A stretch of DNA of 64,000 nucleotides from a virus: positions 3,729-67,728 of the IMG/VR virus record IMGVR_UViG_3300012931_000002. One strand, written 5' to 3'. The notes below the pieces were generated by a model, which was not told the DNA's origin, did not search any database, and saw nothing but the letters and a program-made list of their open reading frames with translations. Of this stretch, positions 27,743 through 35,475 are shown piece by piece. A program made the position numbers and the translations under genes. The stretch's first letter is position 1. Each line of letters begins with the position of its first letter.

Positions 27743-28696
27743 CTACGGTCGCGGATGGGCGTTGAACAGGGACCATGGGGCGCCCGGCCGCGGAGCCCGC
27801 CTCGACGGCGCGTAGGCGCCGTAGTAGGACCACGCGTTCTTCGAAATCCGAACGCGCCGGGCGCGCATAACGCTCTCGAAGGCTTCCGACGGCGCGACGT
27901 AGCCGGGAAGTTCGAGGCCGTGCTCCCAGGCTTCTTTCGGAGCGCTAAGGATCGCGGCGACTTGCTCTTCGGTCGCGGCGGAAAGAACCCATCGCGCGAC
28001 GGCCGCCTTCGCGTAGAACTCGTACTTGATCGTCCGGTCCTCGGTAAGGTCGAGGTGTTCGAGGAAGTTGTACTTGAAGATCGACGGCTTCTTAAGGTCG
28101 GCGGCGCGCATCGTCCGGTAGTAGAGGTGCTCGCTCGGCCCATCGAATGCTTCGAGGATTATGTCCTTCGCGCCTCGGCTCCCGCGCGGGAGGAAGATGT
28201 CGTCGATCGTGGCGGCGGCTTCGGTGAAGGGCGGAAGGTCAATCACGATCCAGGTCAGGTTCGAAGCGCCCTCGACGACGTCGGCAACGGAAAGCTCCGC
28301 GATAGCGTTGACGAGATAGGTCTTTCCGCCTTCGTCGCGGGTGTTGCTCTCCAGCTCGCGGAACGCCTGCCAAACTTCCCAATTCCGCCCGTACGCCGTT
28401 GTATAGGGAAGCTCGTAGGTCGTCGCGCGGCGGTTCCCGGCCTTGAGGACCCGCATCACGATGGTCTCTAACGGGGAACCGCGGAAGGTCGAAGCCTTCT
28501 TCGAGAATGAGAACCGATCCTTGCCGATCCAGGCCACCGGCTCGGCGCCGAGCCGGACGAGGACGGTGAGCGCGAGCTTCAGGCCCGTTCCGAAGTAGCC
28601 GATAGGATTCGCGGAGTTCGGCTTCGCGTGCGCGCCCATGATCGTAAAGGCGCGGACGTCGATAAGGCCGGGGGTTTCGAAGACGACGGCGGTCAT
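27743..28696 (-). CDS. GHKL-type ATPase-like protein (permuted motif order); frame continues past TAG to 27614
   Basis: IGYFGTGLKLA glycine box and WQAFRELESNTRDE N-box. Confidence 0.65.
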   Translation of the reverse strand: MTAVVFETPGLIDVRAFTIMGAHAKPNSANPIGYFGTGLKLALTVLVRLGAEPVAWIGKDRFSFSKKASTFRGSPLETIVMRVLKAGNRRATTYELPYTTAYGRNWEVWQAFRELESNTRDEGGKTYLVNAIAELSVADVVEGASNLTWIVIDLPPFTEAAATIDDIFLPRGSRGAKDIILEAFDGPSEHLYYRTMRAADLKKPSIFKYNFLEHLDLTEDRTIKYEFYAKAAVARWVLSAATEEQVAAILSAPKEAWEHGLELPGYVAPSEAFESVMRARRVRISKNAWSYYGAYAPSRRAPRPGAPWSLFNAHPRP

Positions 28697-28707
28697 ATAC
28701 GCAGTTC

Positions 28708-28974
28708 CTATAGATTGCGAACGAACGCTTCGGCTTCTTCTAGCGTTCCGAAGCGTATGTTCTGGCTCATGACGGCATCCATAATTTCGAACGGGAGGAA
28801 GTCGGATGGTATCGGACGCCCACCGACCTTTGCCTGTCCGACCGATAGCGCCTTAAAATCGCCTTTCGACGTTTTCCCGACCGACCATCGGCACGAATAT
28901 CCGCGGCTCGACTTGCAGCGGAACGAGCGGCGCGTTTCTCCCGGCTTCGCGGGGCTTACGAGTATCAGCTTCAC
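28708..28974 (-). CDS. Hypothetical protein
   Basis: GTGA overlap and GGAG RBS. Confidence 0.5.
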   Translation of the reverse strand: MKLILVSPAKPGETRRSFRCKSSRGYSCRWSVGKTSKGDFKALSVGQAKVGGRPIPSDFLPFEIMDAVMSQNIRFGTLEEAEAFVRNL

Positions 28975-29168
28975 GACTGTTCTCCTTGCGCGGCGGTAGC
29001 CGCGGCCAATGCTTCGGCGCGGGCGCGCTTCTCGAACGCGACGAGGTTCGCGAAGACGGACGGGTCGAGGAAGATCGTCTGGTTGTTTCCGTCGCCGGTT
29101 CGTAGCTTGACATGGTAGCCGTCGAAGCTCGCGTAGACCGCGTCGCCGATGTAGGTTTCGTTATTCAT
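28971..29168 (-). CDS. Small phage hypothetical protein
   Basis: YIGDAVYASFDGY motif; overlapping start/stop codons. Confidence 0.6.
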   Translation of the reverse strand: MNNETYIGDAVYASFDGYHVKLRTGDGNNQTIFLDPSVFANLVAFEKRARAEALAAATAAQGEQS

Positions 29169-29422
29169 AAATTAGGCTCCCCTTCATCTTCTTCCGCCGC
29201 ATCTATAATAGCTTGTTGCGCAGGAGTCGGCTCCCAGTCCGACGGTATGGAGTTCGCCAAATTAGCGGCGCGCTCCGCCTCCGCTTCGCGAACGGCTCGG
29301 CAAGATTCGCAAACCGTTTCCGTCCAGTTCATCCGTCGCATATTCCCGACTTCAACGAAGCAGTCGGGATCGTCATCGGAGTCGATGAGGCGATCGCAAT
29401 CTTTACATAAGCATACGCTCAT
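29165..29422 (-). CDS. Small Cys-containing protein
   Basis: Start MSVCLCKDC at an ATGA overlap; two CxxC pairs. Confidence 0.55.
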   Translation of the reverse strand: MSVCLCKDCDRLIDSDDDPDCFVEVGNMRRMNWTETVCESCRAVREAEAERAANLANSIPSDWEPTPAQQAIIDAAEEDEGEPNL

Positions 29423-30978
29423 CTCGCGTACTCCCCTTCCATGAAGTAAAGCCCGAACTTCGTTCGCGTGTCGCGAACATATTGAAGATTGAGTTCCTGC
29501 TGATAAGCTTCGACGCTCTTCGCCGCCTTCGACGGCGAAAGCTCCGGCGCGAGCACCGCTACGTTCGACCACTCCCTGCCCTTCGCCTTATGGATCGTCG
29601 AAAGCGTCAGGAGACCGTTCCCGGTCCCGTCGGCGAACAGCTCGGCGATCCGCGCCAACACGCTAGGAACCGTCCGGTCGGCCTCCGGAATCGAATCGGC
29701 GACGACTCGGATCGCGGCGGCGCGGTCGGCTGCGGCTTCGCCCTTGGCAGGCTTTCCGGCCTTCTCAGCTTCCGCGACTTCCTTCTCAACCCACGCGTCG
29801 AGCCGCTCGATGAGGTTCGGAACGCCCTTCGGCCGGAGCTTCTTGATCAGGTTCGCAAGGCCGGCGCCGATGTCCTTTCCGAGCACGAAATACCCCCTGC
29901 CATCCGCGATAAGGGCGAATGCAAGTGAGACCAGGGGGGCGGTTTGGCGGCAGAGTACTGCGTCAGCGTTCGAGAGCTTCGCGATCGCCTTTTTCGCCGG
30001 CAGCCACTCGACCTCGCCATCGGGGTTCGTATCGGCGACCTCGAAGTAAGGAACTAAGTCACGGGCGAGGGTGCCTACGGCCTTTGGGCAGCGGTAGGAG
30101 GTTGTAAGCGGAAGCTCTACGGTATGGAACTCGGCGGCGATAAGGTCCATCGCGTTCGAGTTCGCGCCCGTGAACGCATATATGCTCTGGCAAGGGTCAC
30201 CAACGCCGACGAACCGTCCGGAAGGCTTCAGCGAACGGCGGGCGAAGAGGCGACGGACGGGGTTCGTATCCTGACATTCGTCGACGATCACCCAATCGTG
30301 CTGGAAGAGCCGAAGGTTCCAAAACAGCGGAAGATAAAGCTGGTCGTCGAAGTCGATCCACTTCTCCGTCTCGGCCTTGTGATTCGAGACCTTAAGCGCC
30401 TTGCGGGCGACGTCGATCGCGCGGGCCTCGGTCGCTTCTTCGTCGTCGAGCCACATCTCCTGTGTCGCGATTATCTCGGACCACGTCGCGTATTCGTCCG
30501 GCGCAAGGCCGGGGATGCCGACGCCGACGCCCTTCGCGTATCCGACCAACTTGCAGACGAAATCGCCGTACATATCGAGTTCGCGCTCCGAGAGCCGATC
30601 CTTAAGAATCTTCCGAACTTTGCCGCTGTCGACTTCGATCTTCGAATCGCGAGGCCAGCGCTTGCAAAGCGCGCGGAAGCCTCGGGAATGGAACGTCGCG
30701 GCTTCGATGTTACGGAACGGGCGCCCTACTTCGAGCCCGAAGTCGACGATCTTTCCTCGCATCTCCTTCGCGACGGGCGCGTTAAAGGCGAGGATAAGAA
30801 CGGTCGCGGTTTCTGGAATGCCTGCCAGGGCGCGAACGATGCTCGTCGATTTTCCCGATCCTGCGACTGCCTTGAGCGTCGCGGAGCCGGAGCCTACGGC
30901 GACCCATTCGAAGAATCTTTGTTGATGATTCGATGCGACGAAGGCGCGGGGCGATTTGACGGCGAGGGCGGCGCTCAT
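29419..30978 (-). CDS. UvrD/Rep-like SF1 helicase
   Basis: AVAGSGKS, VDECQD, GDPCQSIYAF, SYRCP and STIHKAKGRE motifs. Confidence 0.9.
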   Translation of the reverse strand: MSAALAVKSPRAFVASNHQQRFFEWVAVGSGSATLKAVAGSGKSTSIVRALAGIPETATVLILAFNAPVAKEMRGKIVDFGLEVGRPFRNIEAATFHSRGFRALCKRWPRDSKIEVDSGKVRKILKDRLSERELDMYGDFVCKLVGYAKGVGVGIPGLAPDEYATWSEIIATQEMWLDDEEATEARAIDVARKALKVSNHKAETEKWIDFDDQLYLPLFWNLRLFQHDWVIVDECQDTNPVRRLFARRSLKPSGRFVGVGDPCQSIYAFTGANSNAMDLIAAEFHTVELPLTTSYRCPKAVGTLARDLVPYFEVADTNPDGEVEWLPAKKAIAKLSNADAVLCRQTAPLVSLAFALIADGRGYFVLGKDIGAGLANLIKKLRPKGVPNLIERLDAWVEKEVAEAEKAGKPAKGEAAADRAAAIRVVADSIPEADRTVPSVLARIAELFADGTGNGLLTLSTIHKAKGREWSNVAVLAPELSPSKAAKSVEAYQQELNLQYVRDTRTKFGLYFMEGEYAR

Positions 30979-31142
30979 GGCGTAAGCTTCCGTACAGCGC
31001 GAATCCACGATAACGCGTAGGGCAGCTTGCGCGACGCATCGAGAAGTATCTCTATTGCCTTTGCCGCGCCGTGAAGGCTTTTTAATTTTTTATAGATATG
31101 CGGGTATCTTTGATCGAGAGGGTATTTTACGCGTATCGTCAT
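30975..31142 (-). CDS. 55-aa basic protein (not in ORF track)
   Basis: GGAGG RBS; MTIRVKYPLDQRYPHIYKKL...; stop overlaps the helicase ATG. Confidence 0.55.
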   Translation of the reverse strand: MTIRVKYPLDQRYPHIYKKLKSLHGAAKAIEILLDASRKLPYALSWIRAVRKLTP

Positions 31143-31199
31143 CTTCTTCCCTCCGGTCGCCCTCCCCGAAGTCGATCGGGGAATCGGGTCGACGGTCCA

Positions 31200-31229
31200 A
31201 ACCTATTCCCGCTTTGCGGAAAAGTAAAG
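31200..31229 (-). promoter_or_regulatory. Sigma70-like promoter of the repeated CTTTACTTTTCC family
   Basis: TTTACT-17-TAGGTT. Confidence 0.6.
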
Positions 31230-31232
31230 CGC

Positions 31233-31871
31233 CTATTTCGCCTTGTGCCGGGCCAATCCAGGATGATTTTCGACGACGCCGATCAGGTAGAGGTAGTCGG
31301 CCCGGTACGCCAGAGCGTCCTCGTCTTCGCTATCGGCGGGATACTCTTCGTCGAGTCGCGCTCGAAGGTCTTCGGTCGTCAAGGCGTGCTGGCAGCCGAC
31401 CCACCACCGGAGGCCGTATTCGGCGGAGTAGACTGCCGTAGCCCAGGCGGCGCGCGAACCCTGCGGCCCGGCGACGAATAACCAGTCATCCTTCTCGATG
31501 CTCGCGCTTTCGCCGATGCTCGCGCCGTAGCCGATGCTCGCGCCGTAGCCGATGCTCGCGCGATTGCCGATGCTCGCGCCGTAGCCGATGCTCGCGCGAT
31601 TGCCGATGCTCGCGCGATTGCCGATGCTCGCGCCGTAGCCGATGCTCGCGCCGTAGCCGATGCTCGCGCTCTCGCCGATGCTCGCGCTCTCGCCGATGCT
31701 CGCGCCTGCCATAACTTCGGAATTCGCCGGAATCGTAATCGCCGCCGCGATCTTCGCAGAGACTGCTACGATGCCGCCTTCGGACCCGTCCGGGTTCGTA
31801 TGACGCTGGCACAAAACTTCCGGCATCCAGCTGCGGAAGCGATGCATAAAGGTTTTTGGGGTTTCGGTCAT
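31233..31871 (-). CDS. Hexapeptide-repeat (left-handed beta-helix-like) protein
   Basis: Eleven ASIGxx units plus one partial; C-terminal GPQGSR...WVGC domain. Confidence 0.75.
   Translation of the reverse strand: MTETPKTFMHRFRSWMPEVLCQRHTNPDGSEGGIVAVSAKIAAAITIPANSEVMAGASIGESASIGESASIGYGASIGYGASIGNRASIGNRASIGYGASIGNRASIGYGASIGYGASIGESASIEKDDWLFVAGPQGSRAAWATAVYSAEYGLRWWVGCQHALTTEDLRARLDEEYPADSEDEDALAYRADYLYLIGVVENHPGLARHKAK
31493..31707 (-). repeat. 18-bp coding tandem repeat, about 12 units
   Basis: Constant GCCGATGCTCGC core with 6-nt variants encoding ES, YG or NR. Confidence 0.9.
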
Positions 31872-31886
31872 TTTTGGTTCTCCTGG

Positions 31887-32162
31887 TTATTTTCGATTTG
31901 CTGCTTCAACAATTTCCCGCGCCTTCTGGTCGAACTCGGTCTCCTTCGCGACGGCGGTTCCGTCGGCGATCCCGACCGCTTCGAAGAGCGCGGTGCGGAA
32001 GACGTTCCAGCCCGCCTTCGCCTTCGGAACCTTCTCCTCAGTAAGGGTCGTCAGGACGGTCGCCCTAGCCGCGGCGGCCCGCGGCCCGTAGAACGCGGCG
32101 AGCGGGCCGTTGATTACGACGAGGTGAAGCGCCGCGATCCGGCGCTCTTCGATAGTTTTCAT
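31887..32162 (-). CDS. Hypothetical protein
   Basis: ATGA overlap; codon style matches neighbours. Confidence 0.55.
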   Translation of the reverse strand: MKTIEERRIAALHLVVINGPLAAFYGPRAAAARATVLTTLTEEKVPKAKAGWNVFRTALFEAVGIADGTAVAKETEFDQKAREIVEAANRK

Positions 32163-32344
32163 TGGCGAGCCGGAATACGCGCGTTCCGCTCCTTTAGGAG
32201 CGCGACGGCCTCACGACGATCTACGCGCGTAAGCGGGAGCCCTTCGACGTAGCGGGCGATCAGCGCGTCTTCGTAGGCGCGGGTCTTCTCCGCTTCTTCC
32301 TCGGGGGTCGTCCACCCCGGAATTCTTCTCGCTACCGACGCCAT
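32159..32344 (-). CDS. Hypothetical protein
   Basis: GGAG RBS downstream of a promoter motif. Confidence 0.55.
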   Translation of the reverse strand: MASVARRIPGWTTPEEEAEKTRAYEDALIARYVEGLPLTRVDRREAVALLKERNARIPARQ

Positions 32345-32368
32345 GCTTTGTGCTCCGATTCTTCGCCC

Positions 32369-32400
32369 TTATTAGGCTCCCGGAATACGGAAAAGTAAAG
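32369..32400 (-). promoter_or_regulatory. Promoter of the repeated CTTTACTTTTCC family
   Basis: TTTACT followed by CCTAATAA at 17-19 bp spacing. Confidence 0.5.
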
Positions 32401-32793
32401 CTACTTCTTCGGAAAGACGTACCCCCTCCGCTCCCAGAAGACCTTCAGACCCGGCCCGCCGTCTCGCTCCCAGGCAAGAAGCGTAACCTTGCTGACGCCG
32501 AGCGCCGCCGCCGTTCCGTCGAGGCCGAGTCCCGAGCGCCGCCGGGCGAGAGCGAGAAGGACCGGGAGGGAAGGCTTCGAAATCGGCGGGAAAGGGCTTT
32601 TAAAGGGGGTAGGAGCCCCAAACAGGACTTTCTCCGCCTTCCCGTAGGCCGTTTCGCCGACGCCTGCGAGCGCCGCTGCCTGGACCTGAGAGAGCCCGAG
32701 TCCCTTCCGGGCAAGCCAGAGCCTTTCTCCCGGCGTTCGGGTCCTGAGGTCTTTAGGGTCGAAGTCCTTTATAGGGATTTTTTTCTTCGTCAT
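32401..32793 (-). CDS. Tandem XRE-type helix-turn-helix protein
   Basis: LARKGLGLSQVQAAALAGVGETAYGKAE and LARRRSGLGLDGTAAALGVSKVTLLAWE. Confidence 0.75.
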   Translation of the reverse strand: MTKKKIPIKDFDPKDLRTRTPGERLWLARKGLGLSQVQAAALAGVGETAYGKAEKVLFGAPTPFKSPFPPISKPSLPVLLALARRRSGLGLDGTAAALGVSKVTLLAWERDGGPGLKVFWERRGYVFPKK

Positions 32794-32806
32794 AGGAAGA
32801 CGTTCC

Positions 32807-33283
32807 TTATTCTACGAGGCGCCGGAGGATCGGCCCGAGCGGGAACTTTCCGCGGCCGACGACGAGCGGATGATGCGGGCGAGAATCGTCCGCGTGTCGC
32901 CCCGCGACTATCGCGTCGGCGGTCCCGGCGTAAACACCCCCCTGATAAAGCGCCCGTATGCCAGGGGGGCTAAAGAGGAGGTAGAAGGGCGCCATCCGAA
33001 GCAAGAGGAACGCGCGGCCTCCGGCGGCGGACCAGTCCTCCGCGAACTTGACTTGGTCGATCGTCAGGTGATGCGGGCGGATCGGCGTCATCGGCCGAAC
33101 CGGAAGCTCGGCGACCTTGAGTTCGAGGAAGCCGGTAGCGGCGATCGAGCCGGGCTTTAGGCTGCGAAGGCAATAGACGACATCGCCCTCGCCGGTCCCG
33201 ATGGCATTCTCGAAGCGAACGAGCTTTCCGAACGGGGATAGGTTCGCCTTCGTCGTCGACCAGAGCGAGGATTCGAGGGTCAA
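32807..33283 (-). CDS. PD-(D/E)XK nuclease, Holliday junction resolvase/VRR-NUC-like
   Basis: TTGA-overlap start; E...RFEN...GD...FLELK...Q..F......GG pattern. Confidence 0.7.
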   Translation of the reverse strand: MTLESSLWSTTKANLSPFGKLVRFENAIGTGEGDVVYCLRSLKPGSIAATGFLELKVAELPVRPMTPIRPHHLTIDQVKFAEDWSAAGGRAFLLLRMAPFYLLFSPPGIRALYQGGVYAGTADAIVAGRHADDSRPHHPLVVGRGKFPLGPILRRLVE

Positions 33284-33573
33284 AGGCCGTGCCCCAGGCC
33301 GTCCCGCGATTCGTCCGGGCGGAGTTCGTCGACGTGAATTCCGCAGATAGCGCAGATTTTTACGTCTAGCTGAGACGCTACGTGGCCGGGACAATCTTCG
33401 GGAGCAATCTTCTTCGACGCCGCGAGGACCTCGGCGCGAACCGCCCGTACGACCGCCCGCCATCTTTCGTTCTTTCGCTGCTCCGCCGTACCAGTCGCGA
33501 GGGGCTTTGACGCGGCCCAGGCGTCTTTCGCGATCTTCGCGAGCGCGATTTCCGCGCGTTCGGAGTCGGTCAT
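33280..33573 (-). CDS. Hypothetical protein
   Basis: GGAGG RBS, start MTDSERAE; C-terminal CPGH...CAICG. Confidence 0.55.
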   Translation of the reverse strand: MTDSERAEIALAKIAKDAWAASKPLATGTAEQRKNERWRAVVRAVRAEVLAASKKIAPEDCPGHVASQLDVKICAICGIHVDELRPDESRDGLGHGL

Positions 33574-33815
33574 CGTAAGCCCTCCAGTAAGCCGTGTTCG
33601 GCGACGAACACTTCGCCTTCTTCGCGGGCGGTATCGCACGGGTCACACCGCAGCGTTCCGTCGGGCTGGCGGACTAGCGGGCCGCCGCAGCACTCGCAGA
33701 TGCAACCTTTACCGCCATAGTCTTCGCACTGCCCGATATCGGTTTCGAGGTACGGGTCGTCCGGTTGCGGGCCGTGCCGCATAGTACGCCCGTCGCCGCA
33801 TCGCGTTCTGCTCAT
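33570..33815 (-). CDS. Small Cys-rich protein
   Basis: ATGA overlaps at both ends; CECCGG...CDPC. Confidence 0.55.
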   Translation of the reverse strand: MSRTRCGDGRTMRHGPQPDDPYLETDIGQCEDYGGKGCICECCGGPLVRQPDGTLRCDPCDTAREEGEVFVAEHGLLEGLR

Positions 33816-34225
33816 CTTCGTTCCTCCGCCCTCTTCGCCGATTTAAAGAGCGCCTCGGCCTGCGCTTCCGAAAGACGGCCTTTCGAATCCCACTGCGATT
33901 TCAAAGACGCGATGAAGTCCGCGAAGTCGCCGCGCGGGTCTGTATCCTCGATCACCGAGAACGCCTCTTCGACCCGCTTCGCGTAAGCGGCCTTCCGCGC
34001 CGCGACCGCCGACGGCGATCCGTCCCGCGCGAAGCTCGTCGCCGCCTCGACCGACTCGATCTGGTTCTCGATCGTTATGACGCGGTCGAGGATTCGGTCC
34101 CAGGTCGTGTCGGATCGCCGGACGATCTCGTTCGCCTTATCGATCGCGGTCAAGCGTTCCTGGTCGGCGCCGGAGAGGGTCATGTTCATTAAAAGCTTCA
34201 ACTTACGAAAATCGGACAGCTTCAT
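33812..34225 (-). CDS. Hypothetical protein
   Basis: AAGGAGG RBS; FIASL..QW...GRLSEAQ motif. Confidence 0.6.
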   Translation of the reverse strand: MKLSDFRKLKLLMNMTLSGADQERLTAIDKANEIVRRSDTTWDRILDRVITIENQIESVEAATSFARDGSPSAVAARKAAYAKRVEEAFSVIEDTDPRGDFADFIASLKSQWDSKGRLSEAQAEALFKSAKRAEERR

Positions 34226-34857
34226 AGTTCGCGCCTCCTTTTCCATGCGGCAATAGCCGCTTTGCGCATTCGCTCGCACGATTCCGGAGACCGTTTCTTT
34301 CCTCGAAGTGCCGCGGCGTGCGCTTCTGATAACGGGACGCCTTTTCGCGCGTCGGATAGTTTTTGACAGTGCTCTTTCGAGTATTTTCTGCCGCGAATCT
34401 TCGACGCGCGCCGCTCAACTACTTCGCGATCCCATACGCGACCAGTATGAAGCATTGATACACTTTTACAAAATTCCGGAGAGCGCTTCTTTCCCGACAC
34501 CGCTTTGCTTATCTTTTCGCGCGTTTCTTTTGAAACCTTTATTCCAGAAAGTCCGCCATCTCCTCCGTCCGTTCTATTGACTAACGGCCCGCCGTTAGCC
34601 GTACGCCCTATCCGCGCGATCATCGCAACCTCAAACGCAGAAGCCTCTTCCATGGTTGCGAAGATTCCGAGCTTTTTCTTATTAATAGCTTTCCCTAGCG
34701 CCAAAATCGCTTTTATAATTTCATACTTCTGTCGATTTCCTTGAACTTCACCGCGTCGCGTAGCGCGTTCGTGACTTCCCCATCGCGCCTTTGTTCCACG
34801 ACCCACGTAGAACGGCGTACCGTCTTCTCGATAAAGCGCGTAGACATACCATTTCAT
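34222..34857 (-). CDS. Free-standing GIY-YIG homing endonuclease with NUMOD3-like repeats
   Basis: YVYAL...PFYVGRG..R, E..MI, LVN.TDGGDG, then SKETREKIS/SKEHCQKLS repeats; AT-richer than its flanks. Confidence 0.8.
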   Translation of the reverse strand: MKWYVYALYREDGTPFYVGRGTKARWGSHERATRRGEVQGNRQKYEIIKAILALGKAINKKKLGIFATMEEASAFEVAMIARIGRTANGGPLVNRTDGGDGGLSGIKVSKETREKISKAVSGKKRSPEFCKSVSMLHTGRVWDREVVERRASKIRGRKYSKEHCQKLSDARKGVPLSEAHAAALRGKKRSPESCERMRKAAIAAWKRRREL

Positions 34858-35459
34858 CACGCGCCCCTTTTCTTGATTTCGAACCAAATTCGCGCCGTAG
34901 CCCGCGCGTCGGCGAGGGCGCCGTGCGCGCCCTCGAACTTCTCGCCGAAGAAGTACTCGTAAGCCTCGATCAGCTTCGGCATCTTGAACTGATCGCCGCG
35001 CCCGGCCGCGATCATTCGTTCGGTAGGCGGCATCTCGCAGAGTGGCGTCGCGAAGGCCGCGACGTCGTCGACGCCGTCCGGACCAGGAAGCGTCACCGGC
35101 TTGCCGAGCCGCGCGATCGCCTGCCGCATGATCGTCAGGTCGAAGGGCGCGTTGTAGGCGACGATCCGGCTCGCCAAGTGTCGCAGGCGGACGAAGGCGG
35201 GCACGACGAGGCTGAGGGGAACGCCCACGGCTTCCGCGAGTTCGGTCGTGATGCCGTGAACGCGGGCCGCGGAATCGGGGATGCGGTACTTCCCCGCGGG
35301 CTTGACGATCAGTTCGAGCGTCGCCCATTCGGCGCCGTTGTCTTCGTCGATCAGGAGCGCGCCGAGCTGGACGAGCGGCGGCTGCGCCGGGTGGTCGTCG
35401 GGGAGGCGGTCGTTCGGAATCCCGCACGTCTCCGTATCGAATGCTAACAATAATCCCAC
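34857..35459 (-). CDS. DEDDh 3'-5' exonuclease (DnaQ-like)
   Basis: FDTETCG, AYNAPFD and AHGALAD motifs. Confidence 0.85.
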   Translation of the reverse strand: MGLLLAFDTETCGIPNDRLPDDHPAQPPLVQLGALLIDEDNGAEWATLELIVKPAGKYRIPDSAARVHGITTELAEAVGVPLSLVVPAFVRLRHLASRIVAYNAPFDLTIMRQAIARLGKPVTLPGPDGVDDVAAFATPLCEMPPTERMIAAGRGDQFKMPKLIEAYEYFFGEKFEGAHGALADARATARIWFEIKKRGA

Positions 35460-35475
35460 GGCTATTTTCCCTTCC

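Noticed and set aside
27743-27745. Genome-wide TAG reassignment
   Set aside because: Many genes end in TAG directly before the next start (for example 11211, 11506, 12529, 18669, 22419), so TAG acts as a stop.
31050-31100. AT-rich stretch taken as a promoter or origin
   Set aside because: Explained by the Lys/Ile-rich codons of the 55-aa ORF 30975..31142.
31493-31707. CRISPR-like array
   Set aside because: Period is 18 bp with only 6 variable bases that recur; it is in frame within a gene, and no cas genes are present.
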